A DNA stretch of 64,000 nucleotides, taken from positions 320,001 through 384,000 of the forward strand of contig CBDDDG010000010.1 of the NCBI GenBank assembly GCA_965226555.1. Direction: 5' to 3'. The notes beneath the pieces are model-generated. The model did no database searches. It had not been told where the DNA came from and worked only from the letters and a program-made list of their open reading frames with translations. Numbering within the stretch: the first letter of the stretch is position 1; every line of letters begins with the position of its first letter. The position numbers were made by a program, and so were the translations under genes. The DNA comes from Salinispira sp. Lineage in GTDB: Bacteria > Spirochaetota > Spirochaetia > DSM-27196 > Salinispiraceae. Below, piece by piece: positions 1 to 10,470 of the stretch.

Positions 1-427
1 TCTTGGTTGGCTGCATCATCTTCAGAAAAAAGATGAGGAAATTGTCGATACGGCAATGGAAACTATGGAGATACAGGATTTGGCAGACCGCCAGATCGGA
101 GAGCTTTCGGGCGGACAGCAGCAGCGGGTCATGCTCGCCCGCATGCTCGCTCAGGATTCCGATCTCTTTCTGCTGGATGAACCTCTGAATCATGTTGATA
201 TACGAAGCCAGGAACTTATCTTTCACACACTTGAAGACCTCTCTCGGAAGGGGAAAACCTCAATCGTCAGCACCCACGATCTTGGTATTCTCACTGTTCA
301 TTTCAACCGCGCGCTCTTTCTGGATAAGAAAATAATTGCCGATGGGCCGGTGAAAACGGTTATGACTCCTGAAACCATCGCCCGCGCCTACGGCTTTGAA
401 TTCCACAAGGATTATCATCGTGTTTGA
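1..427 (+). CDS. Mn/Zn/Fe ABC transporter ATP-binding subunit (5' partial)
   Basis: LSGGQQQRVMLAR signature, LLDEP Walker B, STHDL H-loop; overlaps downstream permease. Confidence 0.9.
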   Translation, partial: LGWLHHLQKKDEEIVDTAMETMEIQDLADRQIGELSGGQQQRVMLARMLAQDSDLFLLDEPLNHVDIRSQELIFHTLEDLSRKGKTSIVSTHDLGILTVHFNRALFLDKKIIADGPVKTVMTPETIARAYGFEFHKDYHRV

Positions 428-1238
428 ATTGCTTACCGCCCCCCTTCGCTACGACTTCATGCTGCGCGGGCTGGGCGCAGGGATCCTTGCCGCAATAGCC
501 TGCGCCGCCCTCAGCTGCTTTGTTGTCTGGCGCGGCTGGGCCTTCATTGGCGATGCTCTGGCGCATACCATGCTTCCGGGAATTGTTCTGGCTCAGGCAA
601 GCGGAATTGGGCTTATATTCGGCGCCCTCATTGCCTCTATTTTCAGCGTACTCGGCATTGGAGCCATAAAAAACAAGAGCAACCTCCGGGAAGACAGCGC
701 AATTGGTATTATTTTTGCGGGATTTTTTGCCTTAGGGATACTCCTGCTGAGCACGTTGAGCGGTCTGCAGGATCTGAGCCATATTCTCTTTGGCAACATT
801 CTCGGTGTGAGTAATGATGACCTCGTTCTGCTGGCAATTGTAACAGCAATTATTCTGATAGTTCTGAAATTGGGTTTTAAGGAGCTTCTCACCGCCTCCT
901 TCGATCCGGCGCATGCTTCCGCAATTGGTCTTTCACCGGGTTTCATACGGTATCTGCTTCTCGTTCTGCTGGCGCTTACAACGGTTGTTGCTGTGCAGGC
1001 AGTGGGTGTTGTACTCGTTGTTGCTTTGCTGGTTACTCCTGCGGCAAGCGCCTCGTTGTTGACCCGAAAGCTTGAAACGACAATAGCGCTGTCTTTTGTG
1101 TTTGCCCTTACGGCAACAATAATCGGCTTCTATATTTCCTATTATACCGATCTGACTTCCGGGCCGGTTATTGTGCTTACCCTCATTTCATTCTTCTGCG
1201 TAAGTATGGCAGTATCTCATTTTCGCCAGAGCCGGTAA
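420..1238 (+). CDS. Metal ABC transporter permease (ZnuB/MntB/TroCD type)
   Basis: GDALAHTMLPG, REDSAIGI, LFGNIL and FDP motifs; hydrophobic; GTG start at 420 inferred. Confidence 0.9.
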   Translation: MFELLTAPLRYDFMLRGLGAGILAAIACAALSCFVVWRGWAFIGDALAHTMLPGIVLAQASGIGLIFGALIASIFSVLGIGAIKNKSNLREDSAIGIIFAGFFALGILLLSTLSGLQDLSHILFGNILGVSNDDLVLLAIVTAIILIVLKLGFKELLTASFDPAHASAIGLSPGFIRYLLLVLLALTTVVAVQAVGVVLVVALLVTPAASASLLTRKLETTIALSFVFALTATIIGFYISYYTDLTSGPVIVLTLISFFCVSMAVSHFRQSR

Positions 1239-1312
1239 CGCTCATGACACATTCTTCTGCGCGGGCGCGCGGGCATTCTTCTGCGCGGGCGCGGGCATGG
1301 CAATATTGGCGC

Positions 1313-1519
1313 TCAGGGGGCGGAGTTCTCAGAATCGTTCTCGTTAATTGATTGTGGTTCATCTGATGTCCCGCGAATCATCCCGAACATTTCCTTAACA
1401 AACTCCGTGGTCCTTTTTCTTAAATCTTCCCGAATTTCCCTATACGCTTCATCGTTGAGGAAATCATTATCCGATGGTATTGAGCTGTCAATAAATTCAA
1501 AATTTTTATTTGGTTCCAT
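1313..1519 (-). CDS. Small acidic hypothetical protein (68 aa)
   Basis: GGGAGG SD upstream of ATG; 30 bp downstream of the 435-aa gene on the same strand. Confidence 0.6.
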   Translation of the reverse strand: MEPNKNFEFIDSSIPSDNDFLNDEAYREIREDLRKRTTEFVKEMFGMIRGTSDEPQSINENDSENSAP

Positions 1520-1549
1520 TGTAACCTCCCATAAAAAGTTAATCGTGAG

Positions 1550-2857
1550 TTATAAAACTCCCTTCCTGAAATAATTATTGAGAAAATGAGTATTATACTC
1601 CTTATCGAAATAGTGTTTTCTCCGAATCCAGATAAACCCATCGCCCTTTGAAATGAGCGCTACATCAACGGGACCGCCAACTGTCTCCGCTCCTTCCGAC
1701 AACTTACCTTTGAATGATGTTAAATTTACTAAGGTTTCTGCCATAGCGGCAAGTTCCATCTTCGGTAACGAGACAACAATATCCATTAATGGGTTTATAA
1801 ATACTTTGTGTTTTATGTGTTTAATTTGCGAATCGATAAACGTATATATTTTTTTAACCTTTCTGTTCAAGTCGTCTCCTTCGTTGGTCGTAGTATTTTG
1901 TGCTGGAGTAGTATTCGCAACAGTATCGGAAATTTGCCTGTAGAATGAAACAAGTTCTTCTCTCAACGCATTTTCAAAATCGGGAGCAATTCCCTCAATA
2001 AATGTTCTGATCATATCCGATTGCGCAAAGGGCCTAATTGCTGCCCGCTGATCAAAGTCAATGCTCGCGGATGTCGCCTTCTGATACTTCAGTTTGTTGC
2101 CAATAATACTTTCTAAGGTATATGAAACGAGAGCAGGAAAAATATCTTTTTCTCCATACCCGGAAATTACTATTCCCGTATTCGGACTCCCTGAATAATA
2201 CCGAGTTAATGACAATATAGCAATATCTGTTAGCTTTTTCGATCCGCTTGGTGAGAGCGGTAGTCCGGTAAATATTTTATTTTTGATATTCTCTATATCC
2301 TTCTGAAGGATTCTTTCAATGCGTTCTCTATCCTTATGTGGGAGTGGTTTACCGCTACGTAATTTCATTATTGATAAATTCTTGAATGTGGATAAAGTAT
2401 TATCAATAATTCTATCCAGAATCTTCTGTGGTTCTGCCTGCTGTTTTTTCGTCTTCATGCTTGCAAAATGAAAGAATAGATAGTCCTTGTAATCATTCAG
2501 GATTTTTGAATAGAGCGTCCCGATAGCAGTCAGGTTATATGTATATTGTTGCGATTCGGGAAATATGTCACGATTTGTTTCTATGAAACGTAAAAAATCG
2601 TTTCCATATTCAGCCAGATGATCAAAATGCTTGGCACCGAGCTCTTCTCTATATATTTTTATTATTGTTTCCCAGTGTACTCCCATAAAACATGCGTTGC
2701 TGTATATCATAATGCCAACGGGATGATACTTTGAGAGCATGAACAGTTTATTTGCAGATGGATAAATTTTCGGCGCATCGGTTCCGCCAATTGTGACCGC
2801 GCTGTCGGCTGCAAGAGCGACAGCTGTCTGATTCAAAATTGCAATTTCCGTAGTCAC
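1550..2857 (-). CDS. Hypothetical protein with proteasome-beta/Ntn-hydrolase-like motifs
   Basis: AAGGAG SD + GTG; M-T1-T-E-I-A...AAD17S, NK36LF and C-terminal ETVGGPVDVALISKGDG. Confidence 0.7.
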   Translation of the reverse strand: MTTEIAILNQTAVALAADSAVTIGGTDAPKIYPSANKLFMLSKYHPVGIMIYSNACFMGVHWETIIKIYREELGAKHFDHLAEYGNDFLRFIETNRDIFPESQQYTYNLTAIGTLYSKILNDYKDYLFFHFASMKTKKQQAEPQKILDRIIDNTLSTFKNLSIMKLRSGKPLPHKDRERIERILQKDIENIKNKIFTGLPLSPSGSKKLTDIAILSLTRYYSGSPNTGIVISGYGEKDIFPALVSYTLESIIGNKLKYQKATSASIDFDQRAAIRPFAQSDMIRTFIEGIAPDFENALREELVSFYRQISDTVANTTPAQNTTTNEGDDLNRKVKKIYTFIDSQIKHIKHKVFINPLMDIVVSLPKMELAAMAETLVNLTSFKGKLSEGAETVGGPVDVALISKGDGFIWIRRKHYFDKEYNTHFLNNYFRKGVL

Positions 2858-2910
2858 CGGACTCTCCTTGGCGCAGTGTACTCAAAATGCACCCAAGCGG
2901 ATGCCGCAGA

Positions 2911-4095
2911 TTACTGCTTGTGTTGTTGCTTGATCTGCTGCTTGAGTTGAATAGAGGCGGTTGCGTAGCCGCCATCGGCAGCATCGACAAAATGCACTTC
3001 CTCATCGGAGCCGAAGTTTATCATACAGGTCATGAGCGCCCGATCGCTCACATGCACGCCGTAGAATATTTTTCCTTTTTGATAGAGGACATTGAGAAGG
3101 CGTTCAAAGCGTTCGCGCTGTTCGGTTGTGCAGGCAATAACCATTTTCAGGGTGCCATCGTACTTTCGAAAATCTGAATTAATAATGTTATCTTTTTTTA
3201 CATCTCTAAAATATTTTCTCCCTCTCCGTATGGGAATACGGAGTTTCTCAACAATTTTCATTATGACAATTTCCATGCGAATGAGCAGCATCCGCACAGC
3301 ATAGGGAAAGCCGGAAGTTTCGCCGCTGAAAACACGGGCTTCGCCGGTAATTTCAGACTCGCTCATAGATTGATTCTCAACTCGGAGCGGATGATACCGT
3401 TCCTGAGTACCAAAGATTTTTTCAATGCTTTCAATGAGCACCGCCATGAATTTCTCGGTGGCAGCCATGGTTTTTTCACGCGATTTAATAATGAGGGAGA
3501 TAGTTTCGCCGTATATACTTGGAATAGCCTTCCACCGGCAGGTAAAGCCTGAAAAATCGGCAATACCCTTGGGTTCGGCATCTAAGGGAATGATATAGGG
3601 ATTATCCAGAGCAGGATCCTTAACGAGCTCTTCAGCAAGATCGATGCCGGGGCCGCTGATAATGGCCTGAACATACTGAGGCGATACTTTAAAACGGGCA
3701 AGCTGTATGTGGCTGCCGCTGTCGTATACCTCCTGAATGGGGACAATGCCAAGCCGGAGATCAAGATCGAATACCTTTTTCACAAGATCCCGGGTATCAA
3801 TAAGAAGCTCTCTCACCTGATCCATGAGTTCCGATGGAAGCAGATAGGTCATACCGTCACCGCCGAAAATAAAGGGAAATTCCATATCGCCAATGAGGTT
3901 ACTTATTGCCATAACAGCAAGGCTCCCCGCGGTGTTCACTTCCTTATACTTTTCATTTTGGATGGCAGTGGTGGAATTAATGACATCGGTTATAATAACG
4001 TACCAGTTCATAGGAGGGTCGCGATAATACTTCTGTTTGAAAATATCACTAAAACTGGTAATTGCTTCAAGTTGGGAATAAAAATTCTCATTCAT
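2911..4095 (-). CDS. DUF3095 family protein (nucleotidyl-cyclase-like)
   Basis: WYVIITDVINST..KYKEVN, PFIFGGDG, SGFTCRW, DFRKYDGTLKMV, HFVDAADGGY motifs; GGAGG SD before ATG 4095. Confidence 0.8.
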   Translation of the reverse strand: MNENFYSQLEAITSFSDIFKQKYYRDPPMNWYVIITDVINSTTAIQNEKYKEVNTAGSLAVMAISNLIGDMEFPFIFGGDGMTYLLPSELMDQVRELLIDTRDLVKKVFDLDLRLGIVPIQEVYDSGSHIQLARFKVSPQYVQAIISGPGIDLAEELVKDPALDNPYIIPLDAEPKGIADFSGFTCRWKAIPSIYGETISLIIKSREKTMAATEKFMAVLIESIEKIFGTQERYHPLRVENQSMSESEITGEARVFSGETSGFPYAVRMLLIRMEIVIMKIVEKLRIPIRRGRKYFRDVKKDNIINSDFRKYDGTLKMVIACTTEQRERFERLLNVLYQKGKIFYGVHVSDRALMTCMINFGSDEEVHFVDAADGGYATASIQLKQQIKQQHKQ

Positions 4096-4141
4096 GATAC
4101 CTCCAGCATAATAGCGAATACAATAAAATACAAGTACTAAC

Positions 4142-5768
4142 CAGAACTTCCCCAACAATTTTTTTAGACCATTGCAGGAACTCTCATACGCATTCATGAT
4201 CTACTAATCATCAACACATCACAGAATTCCTGAGTATTTTACCTAATGAAAAGCTTTATGTCAATCAAAAATTTCACTTTTACTGAAATTATACCTGATC
4301 ATAGTCTTCTTTGCACGCAAAATGAGCATACCCCCCTTCGAAAATCCACTTATGCGCGGTACAATTCCCAATTATGGGAGGGACTATGTGTTCTCAGAAA
4401 AAAAGTGTTGCCCGAACCTTTATTCAAAGGCTCGGACAGATGCTGAAAACAACCAATTTAACCGACCCTCGGAAACGACCGGTTGTTCAGCTATCACAAA
4501 TAATGGCTCTCATTATATCGATGCCATTATTTTCATGCAAGAGTCTGTTTGATCTCGATTATCTGGCTCGGAATAAACATGTTCGGAAGTTACTCGGCAG
4601 CAAACGGTATATGGTCGGTTCCGACAGCACCATACAACGGGTGATTTCTCAGATCATACCGGATGAAGTGACGACGATGGTGGGAACCAGTATGAAGTTG
4701 TCAGTGAGTGACACTGAAGAATCGTGTTATTTGGACACGGGAGTTCATCGGAGTATTGGTATTGTCGATGGCACCTGTGTCTTCGGGAGCGTCTGGTTCA
4801 CCGTGCTGGCGCGACCGACAAAGACAGGAACGTATGCGCAGGTTGTGAGACCGATGAAGGGCAGAGGGCACGAACTGCGCGGGTCTGAAGAAATGCTTTT
4901 GAGGGAAGGAGATACCCTGCCGCAATTGTTAAGTTTCGATGGGCTCTATCTGTGTGAGCCCTTTCTTCATCTGATCTGCGCAAAATTAAAGCGTCATATT
5001 CTGGTGAAATTTCGTTCGGTAAAGCGGGATGGCACTCCGCGGAAACATGAGCGGTTGCTCCTTGATCGCGCAGCCCGCTATATGGAACATCAGGGGTTCT
5101 ATAGTGATGCAGTCCAAACCGCGAGCGGGTATGATTATCAACGATCAACGAGTTACCAGATTGAGGCAGTGCTTGACGAATGGCATGGCGTTCCGGTGCT
5201 GGTGCTGCGGGTCACTGAAGGGAAGGAGACGTTCTGGGTAATTACGAGTGATGTACATCTGTCATTGCCTGCTGCGCGGGAAGCTGCGCACCTGCGGTGG
5301 AGCATAGAGAATGATGAGTTTAAGCGCATGTCGTATCTTACCGGCACCAAGAGAGTGCGGACGCATAACAAGATCGCCGCTGTGTGTTTGTTGTGCTGCA
5401 TTGCCATGGGGGTCAATTTTCTCACCAGTATCAACCATGTGCTGGCGAGCGTCGTAACAAAAACGCTTCCTGTTAAGCGAACATGGAAAATAACAGGGCG
5501 GTGGATATGGAAGGGAATAAAATGGCAGATTCGCACAGGAGGGATGTCTGTGTTGAGCTAAGTAGTGAACAATCGGTCGTTTTCGAGGGCAGTCTACCGA
5601 GTTGATTTCCTTACATATCACTAACACACAATCAACGCAGACCGGCGGTTCTGCGGCGGGGGTGGTCTATGCGCCCGGTATTCCCGCCACATACTCACTG
5701 CTCAAGGGCAAAATCTCCCTCCATTATTCTGTCAAAATCCCGTCAAAAAAATTGTTGGGGAAGTTCTG
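4142..5768 (+). mobile_element. Complete insertion sequence (DDE, IS4-like superfamily), 1627 bp
   Basis: 24-bp perfect TIR CAGAACTTCCCCAACAATTTTTTT at both ends; 9-bp direct repeat AGTACTAAC at 4133-4141 and 5769-5777. Confidence 0.92.
4374..5561 (+). CDS. DDE transposase
   Basis: IVDGT, SFDGLY and RWSIENDEFK motifs; lies inside the TIRs; exact start uncertain. Confidence 0.85.
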   Translation: MGGTMCSQKKSVARTFIQRLGQMLKTTNLTDPRKRPVVQLSQIMALIISMPLFSCKSLFDLDYLARNKHVRKLLGSKRYMVGSDSTIQRVISQIIPDEVTTMVGTSMKLSVSDTEESCYLDTGVHRSIGIVDGTCVFGSVWFTVLARPTKTGTYAQVVRPMKGRGHELRGSEEMLLREGDTLPQLLSFDGLYLCEPFLHLICAKLKRHILVKFRSVKRDGTPRKHERLLLDRAARYMEHQGFYSDAVQTASGYDYQRSTSYQIEAVLDEWHGVPVLVLRVTEGKETFWVITSDVHLSLPAAREAAHLRWSIENDEFKRMSYLTGTKRVRTHNKIAAVCLLCCIAMGVNFLTSINHVLASVVTKTLPVKRTWKITGRWIWKGIKWQIRTGGMSVLS

Positions 5769-6071
5769 AGTACTAACCAGAGAATCCCCGGATATTCCGG
5801 GACTTCATACATTCATATTTCCACAAGGACCTCGCGCTGAGCATTGTCCCCGGGAGCATACCAGCCCCCATTCCCGACTCCCCGAAAAAAATCACAACAT
5901 TCTTTCAAATTTTTTCAAAAAACACAATCAAAAATAACATTTTGCTCGTCACAGATATAGCAGGAGGTATACATGAGTAATGCCCATTCCTGCCGTAATA
6001 GCGACAACGGTTACGGTATTGATATTTTTTGCTCAACATGTTCATAATTAATGATCTACGAGAGTTGATCT

Positions 6072-7349
6072 ATGCTGGGAAGAAAAATATCGCAAAATAT
6101 CATGCTCATTCTCCTTGGGATGATTCTGACTCTTGCCGTCATCTTCGGATTTGGTCTTATCAAAATTCCCGCAGCCGACATAAGCGAAAAATCCTCCGAA
6201 AAATCTGACCCCTCCGGCTCGGAATCAACCGTAGCCCCAAACCCAGCAGCAGCCCCAACATCTTCCGCATACTCCGAACTCAATCTCCAGAGCAACAACG
6301 GATACATTGTTCCTGCCTTCGATGGGCGAAGTAATTTCACCATCGATGAGAACAATACCATTGAGGTCTATGAAAAACGGAACGAAGCAGTAGTGAATGT
6401 GAGCACTGAAACAATATCCTATTCCTTCTTTTTCGAGCCGCTGCCGCAGGAAGGGGGAGTGGGGAGCGGAACCGTCATCGACAGGCGGGGCTATGTGCTC
6501 ACCAACTACCATGTTATTCGGGAATCGGTGAAGATTTTTGTGACACTTGCCGATGGAGAGCGCGTTGAGGCGGAGCTGATTGGCGCTGATCCCGAAAATG
6601 ATCTTGCCGTGCTTAAATTTGAGCCGGACGGGCGGGAATTGCAGACTATTCCGCTGGGCAATTCCGATGCGCTGCGCATTGGGCAGAAGGTTCTGGCAAT
6701 TGGGAACCCCTTCAGTTTCGACCGCACCCTCACCACCGGTGTTGTGTCGGGGCTCGGCAGACCGATCAGGAGCGAAAACGGCATGATTATTCAGGGAATG
6801 ATTCAGACAGATGCCTCCATCAATCCCGGCAATTCCGGGGGCCCCCTCCTCAATTCCCAAGGCAGCCTCATCGGGGTGAACACGGTCATTTATTCCCTCA
6901 GCGGAGGAAGTGTGGGAGTGGGCTTTGCCGTTCCGGTGTCCACGGTAAAACGCGTGCTTCCCGATCTTCTTGAATTCGGAAAGGTGAACAGGGGGTGGAT
7001 TGACATCAGCCCCATACAGCTCTTTCCCCAACTTGTTACGTATGCCCGCATTCCGCTGCCGCAGGGCATTCTTGTAAGCGCGGTTCGGGGGGGCGGAAAT
7101 GCCGATAATGCCGGAATACGCGGCGGCAGCAGAAACAGCGCGGTGCGCTACGGTAATACCATTATTTATCTCGGCGGCGATATTATTACAGAGGTAGACG
7201 GCACGGTAACGCACAGCATCGCGCAGCTCTATGAAGCCCTTGAAGACAATAAACCAGGCGATGTGGTCACTGTTGTGTATTATCGGGGTTCGCGGCGCAT
7301 TGAAACAGAGGTGGAACTCTCTCAGCGCCCGGAGCAGTTTGCTCTGTGA
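6072..7349 (+). CDS. htrA: HtrA/DegP-family serine protease with PDZ domain
   Basis: LTNYHV, DLAVLK, IQTDASINPGNSGGPL; N-terminal TM; C-terminal PDZ. Confidence 0.93.
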   Translation: MLGRKISQNIMLILLGMILTLAVIFGFGLIKIPAADISEKSSEKSDPSGSESTVAPNPAAAPTSSAYSELNLQSNNGYIVPAFDGRSNFTIDENNTIEVYEKRNEAVVNVSTETISYSFFFEPLPQEGGVGSGTVIDRRGYVLTNYHVIRESVKIFVTLADGERVEAELIGADPENDLAVLKFEPDGRELQTIPLGNSDALRIGQKVLAIGNPFSFDRTLTTGVVSGLGRPIRSENGMIIQGMIQTDASINPGNSGGPLLNSQGSLIGVNTVIYSLSGGSVGVGFAVPVSTVKRVLPDLLEFGKVNRGWIDISPIQLFPQLVTYARIPLPQGILVSAVRGGGNADNAGIRGGSRNSAVRYGNTIIYLGGDIITEVDGTVTHSIAQLYEALEDNKPGDVVTVVYYRGSRRIETEVELSQRPEQFAL

Positions 7350-9402
7350 AGGAATTGAAGGTCAGGGCCGATTTCAGCCCCTCCGGGGATCAGCCTCAGG
7401 CAATCGACAAGATTGCCCGAAATGTTCTGGACGGAAAACATTTTCAGACACTCAAGGGAGTAACCGGCTCGGGTAAAACCTTCACGATGGCAAAGGTTAT
7501 TGAGAAGGTCCAGAAACCGACGCTTGTTATCTCTCACAATAAAACGCTCTCAGCCCAGCTCTACCGGGAATTCAAGGAGTTTTTTCCCGATAATGCCGTG
7601 GAGTATTTTGTATCTTACTACGATTATTATCAGCCGGAGGCCTACGTGGCCAGCAGAGACCTGTATATCGAAAAAGATGCTTCCATTAATGAGGAAATTG
7701 AAAAGCTGCGGCTTGCGGCCACGGCAAGCCTGCTTGAGCGGCGCGATGTCATTGTTGTTGCGACAGTGTCCTGCATCTACGGTCTCGGGAGTCCGCGGGA
7801 ATATCGCGACATGCGCATCCGGCTTGACCGAGGCACCCCGCTCGACATAAAAACCCTGCGCCGCGATCTCATCGCTCTCCAGTATGAGCGCAACGATGCC
7901 GCCCCCCGCCGCGGGGTTTTTCGGGTTCGCGGCGATGTTATTGAGGTTTTTCCCGCCTATTCTGAAGATGTCTACCGCATTGAGCTTGAATGGGATGAAA
8001 TTAACAGAATCAGCAAAATTCATCCGCTGAGCGCCGAGGTTCTGGAAGAGTTTGAAACGCTGATGATCTACCCTGCCAAGCACTTTGTTCTGCCTGAGGA
8101 GATGCTCAAAAAGAGCCTTGGTGTTATCCGCAATGAGCTTGAAGATCGGCATGCCTCGCTCCTGCGGCAGAATAAGCTTGTGGAGGCGCAGCGGATTAAG
8201 AGCCGCACGGAGTACGATTTGGAGATGATGCAGGAAATGGGGTATTGCTCCGGTATTGAGAATTACAGCCGGCATCTCACGGGGCGAAAGAAGGGAGAAC
8301 GCCCCTCAGTACTCATCGACTATTTCCCCAAAGATTTTTCTCACCATTATTGATGAAAGCCATGTTACCGTGCCGCAGATCGGCGGTATGTATGCCGGCG
8401 ACCGTTCGCGGAAGCAGAACCTCGTTGAATTCGGTTTTCGCCTGCCCTCAGCCCTCGACAACAGACCCCTGTACTACGCAGAATTTGAAGGGCTCTGTAC
8501 CGGCACTGTTTTTGTCAGCGCGACTCCCGGCGACAATGAACTTGAGAAATCGGGGCCGCCGGTTGAACAGGTGATCCGGCCGACCGGTCTGCTTGACCCC
8601 GAAATTGATGTACGCCCGACCGAGGGACAAATTGAAGATCTGCATGGTGAAATTACCCGGCGGATTCAGGCGGGTGAGCGCACCCTCATTACAACGCTTA
8701 CCAAGAAAATGGCCCGAGGATCTCAGCGGCTTCCTGAGTTCCATGGGGCTGAAGGTACGCTATCTTCACTCGGAAATTGAGACCATAGAGCGGGTGGAAA
8801 TTCTTACGGAACTCCGCATGGGAACCTTCGATGTGCTCATCGGCATCAACCTCCTGCGCGAGGGCCTGGATCTTCCCGAAGTATCGCTGGTAGCCATTCT
8901 CGATGCCGACAAAATCGGCTTTCTTCGTTCCGCAACCAGCCTCATTCAGACCATTGGGCGTTCTGCGAGAAATGCAAACGGCACGGTCATTATGTACGCC
9001 GACCGTGAATCGGATGCTATGAAAAAGGCAATCGCAGAAACCCGGCGGCGCAGAAGTTTACAAATGAAGTACAATGAGAAGAACGGCATAACTCCTAAGA
9101 GCATCAGCAAGGCTGTGCAGAGTATTCTCATCAGAAAAAAGGAAGAGAAGCAGCAGGAGGGCCTCGATGATATCAACATACTGAAGGCAGAATTTAATGT
9201 GATGATACCTGCCGACCGCCGAAAACTTATCAAAAAACTCGGCGAGCACATGCTTGAGCATGCGAAAAACATGGAATTTGAACAGGCTGCCATTATCCGC
9301 GATGAAATTGAAGGAATTGAAAAAGTTATAAGCGCCCATGCGGACGGATCGCCCATCCTCTCATTGCACCCTGAAAAGAACGGGATCAATGCCGTTTCCT
9401 GA
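7346..9402 (+). CDS. uvrB: Excinuclease ABC subunit B, split by two +1 frameshifts (~8337, ~8713)
   Basis: [41 protein letters not shown] across three ORFs; extra T in a T run and extra C in GGCCCG. Confidence 0.93.
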
Positions 9403-10396
9403 AATATGAGGATAAAACACTGCATTCGAATATGTGCCGGATAATCTGATATATTCATTGCATGTGCTGTCAATATTGTGGAAGATATAGGCGTAGGATT
9501 CACTCAGCGTTATCAGTTTGTCATTATTTGATATCGCCGTGCTTTGCTGATTCAATGAGGAATCCGGTAAAAATACCGTTCTTCCGAACTTCCTGGTGCA
9601 GATTCGGGATATCGTCAATAAAACTTCCGCGTCCACTCGTTGCTCTTAAGAACATCCTCCGACCACTCGTAGCTTTATGCAAGGCTAGGCTCGATGCCGG
9701 GAGTACCGACAGATTCTTCCCTACCTGCCGCTTTCAAATACCATTACCGATACTCTCAGCAATCCCATTGCGCTCGGTCCCGATGCAGCTGAAATTCGAA
9801 CGGGTGCGACATTGCTTGCAGGTAGGCTGTCCACTCCAAAGCCCACCGGCAGATTCCCAGCGCTATTACAGGCATCGAAAATTGCTATGGTATGACGAGT
9901 GGTTAATTCTCCTATTTTCTGTAACAACGCATCGGAAGATACGAAGGCCTCAGTGCTTGCGTTTCAAATCATCAGAATTCAAATTATCAGGAATCCAATT
10001 GGAAAAAATGATCAAACTCTCGCCGAAGGCTTCCAAACCGTGACCTGCGAAGTATATGAAGAGTATATCATTATTGCTCACGGTATCGGCAGCCCTGTCA
10101 ATATCACGCCAAAACTGAGCCTGTTCTATCCACCCTCCGACATTTTCATTAAGCACGGTTATTCCCTGCTCCCTGAAAAGTTGAGCCATCTCCCTGCCAT
10201 CGGTTGTCGCGTTCGGAAGCTGATTATCTACAGGCAGGTAATCATATTCACCAACCCCGTACACGAGTGCATAGCGACCCGGAGGTTCCAGATCGGACAT
10301 AACACAGGATGTCAGCATGAACACAAGTACCATTCCGGCAATGGAGGTTCTCAGAAGAGAAGTTCTCAGAAACGGCAGGCAGATTTTCCAATTCAT
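9361..10396 (-). pseudogene. Caspase/peptidase C14 family lipoprotein, at least 3 frameshifts (error or decay)
   Basis: Lipobox LTSC; ALVYGVGEY; YFAGHG (His) and IFDACNS (Cys) in different frames; NGIFTGFL and NNDKLITLSESYAY further on. Confidence 0.75.
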
Positions 10397-10470
10397 ATGT
10401 ACAATAATATACCTTCTTCATCATGATATATCAAAACTATGCAAACGAGTGGGCGCCTGCCATTGAAACG

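Noticed and set aside
1249..1298. GC-rich short duplication CATTCTTCTGCGCGGGCGCG between convergent genes
   Set aside because: Only two copies and no clear stem plus U tract; not enough for a terminator or att-site call.
4096..4197. N-terminal extension of DUF3095 in the ORF track
   Set aside because: Runs into the IS end; the SD-supported start is 4095.
6225..8275. Long antisense ORFs (329 aa, 241 aa) and similar shadow ORFs throughout
   Set aside because: Lie opposite well-supported genes and show no recognisable motifs.
8330..8720. Programmed frameshifting in uvrB
   Set aside because: Two separate extra bases in short homopolymers within an indel-rich segment; sequence error is simpler.
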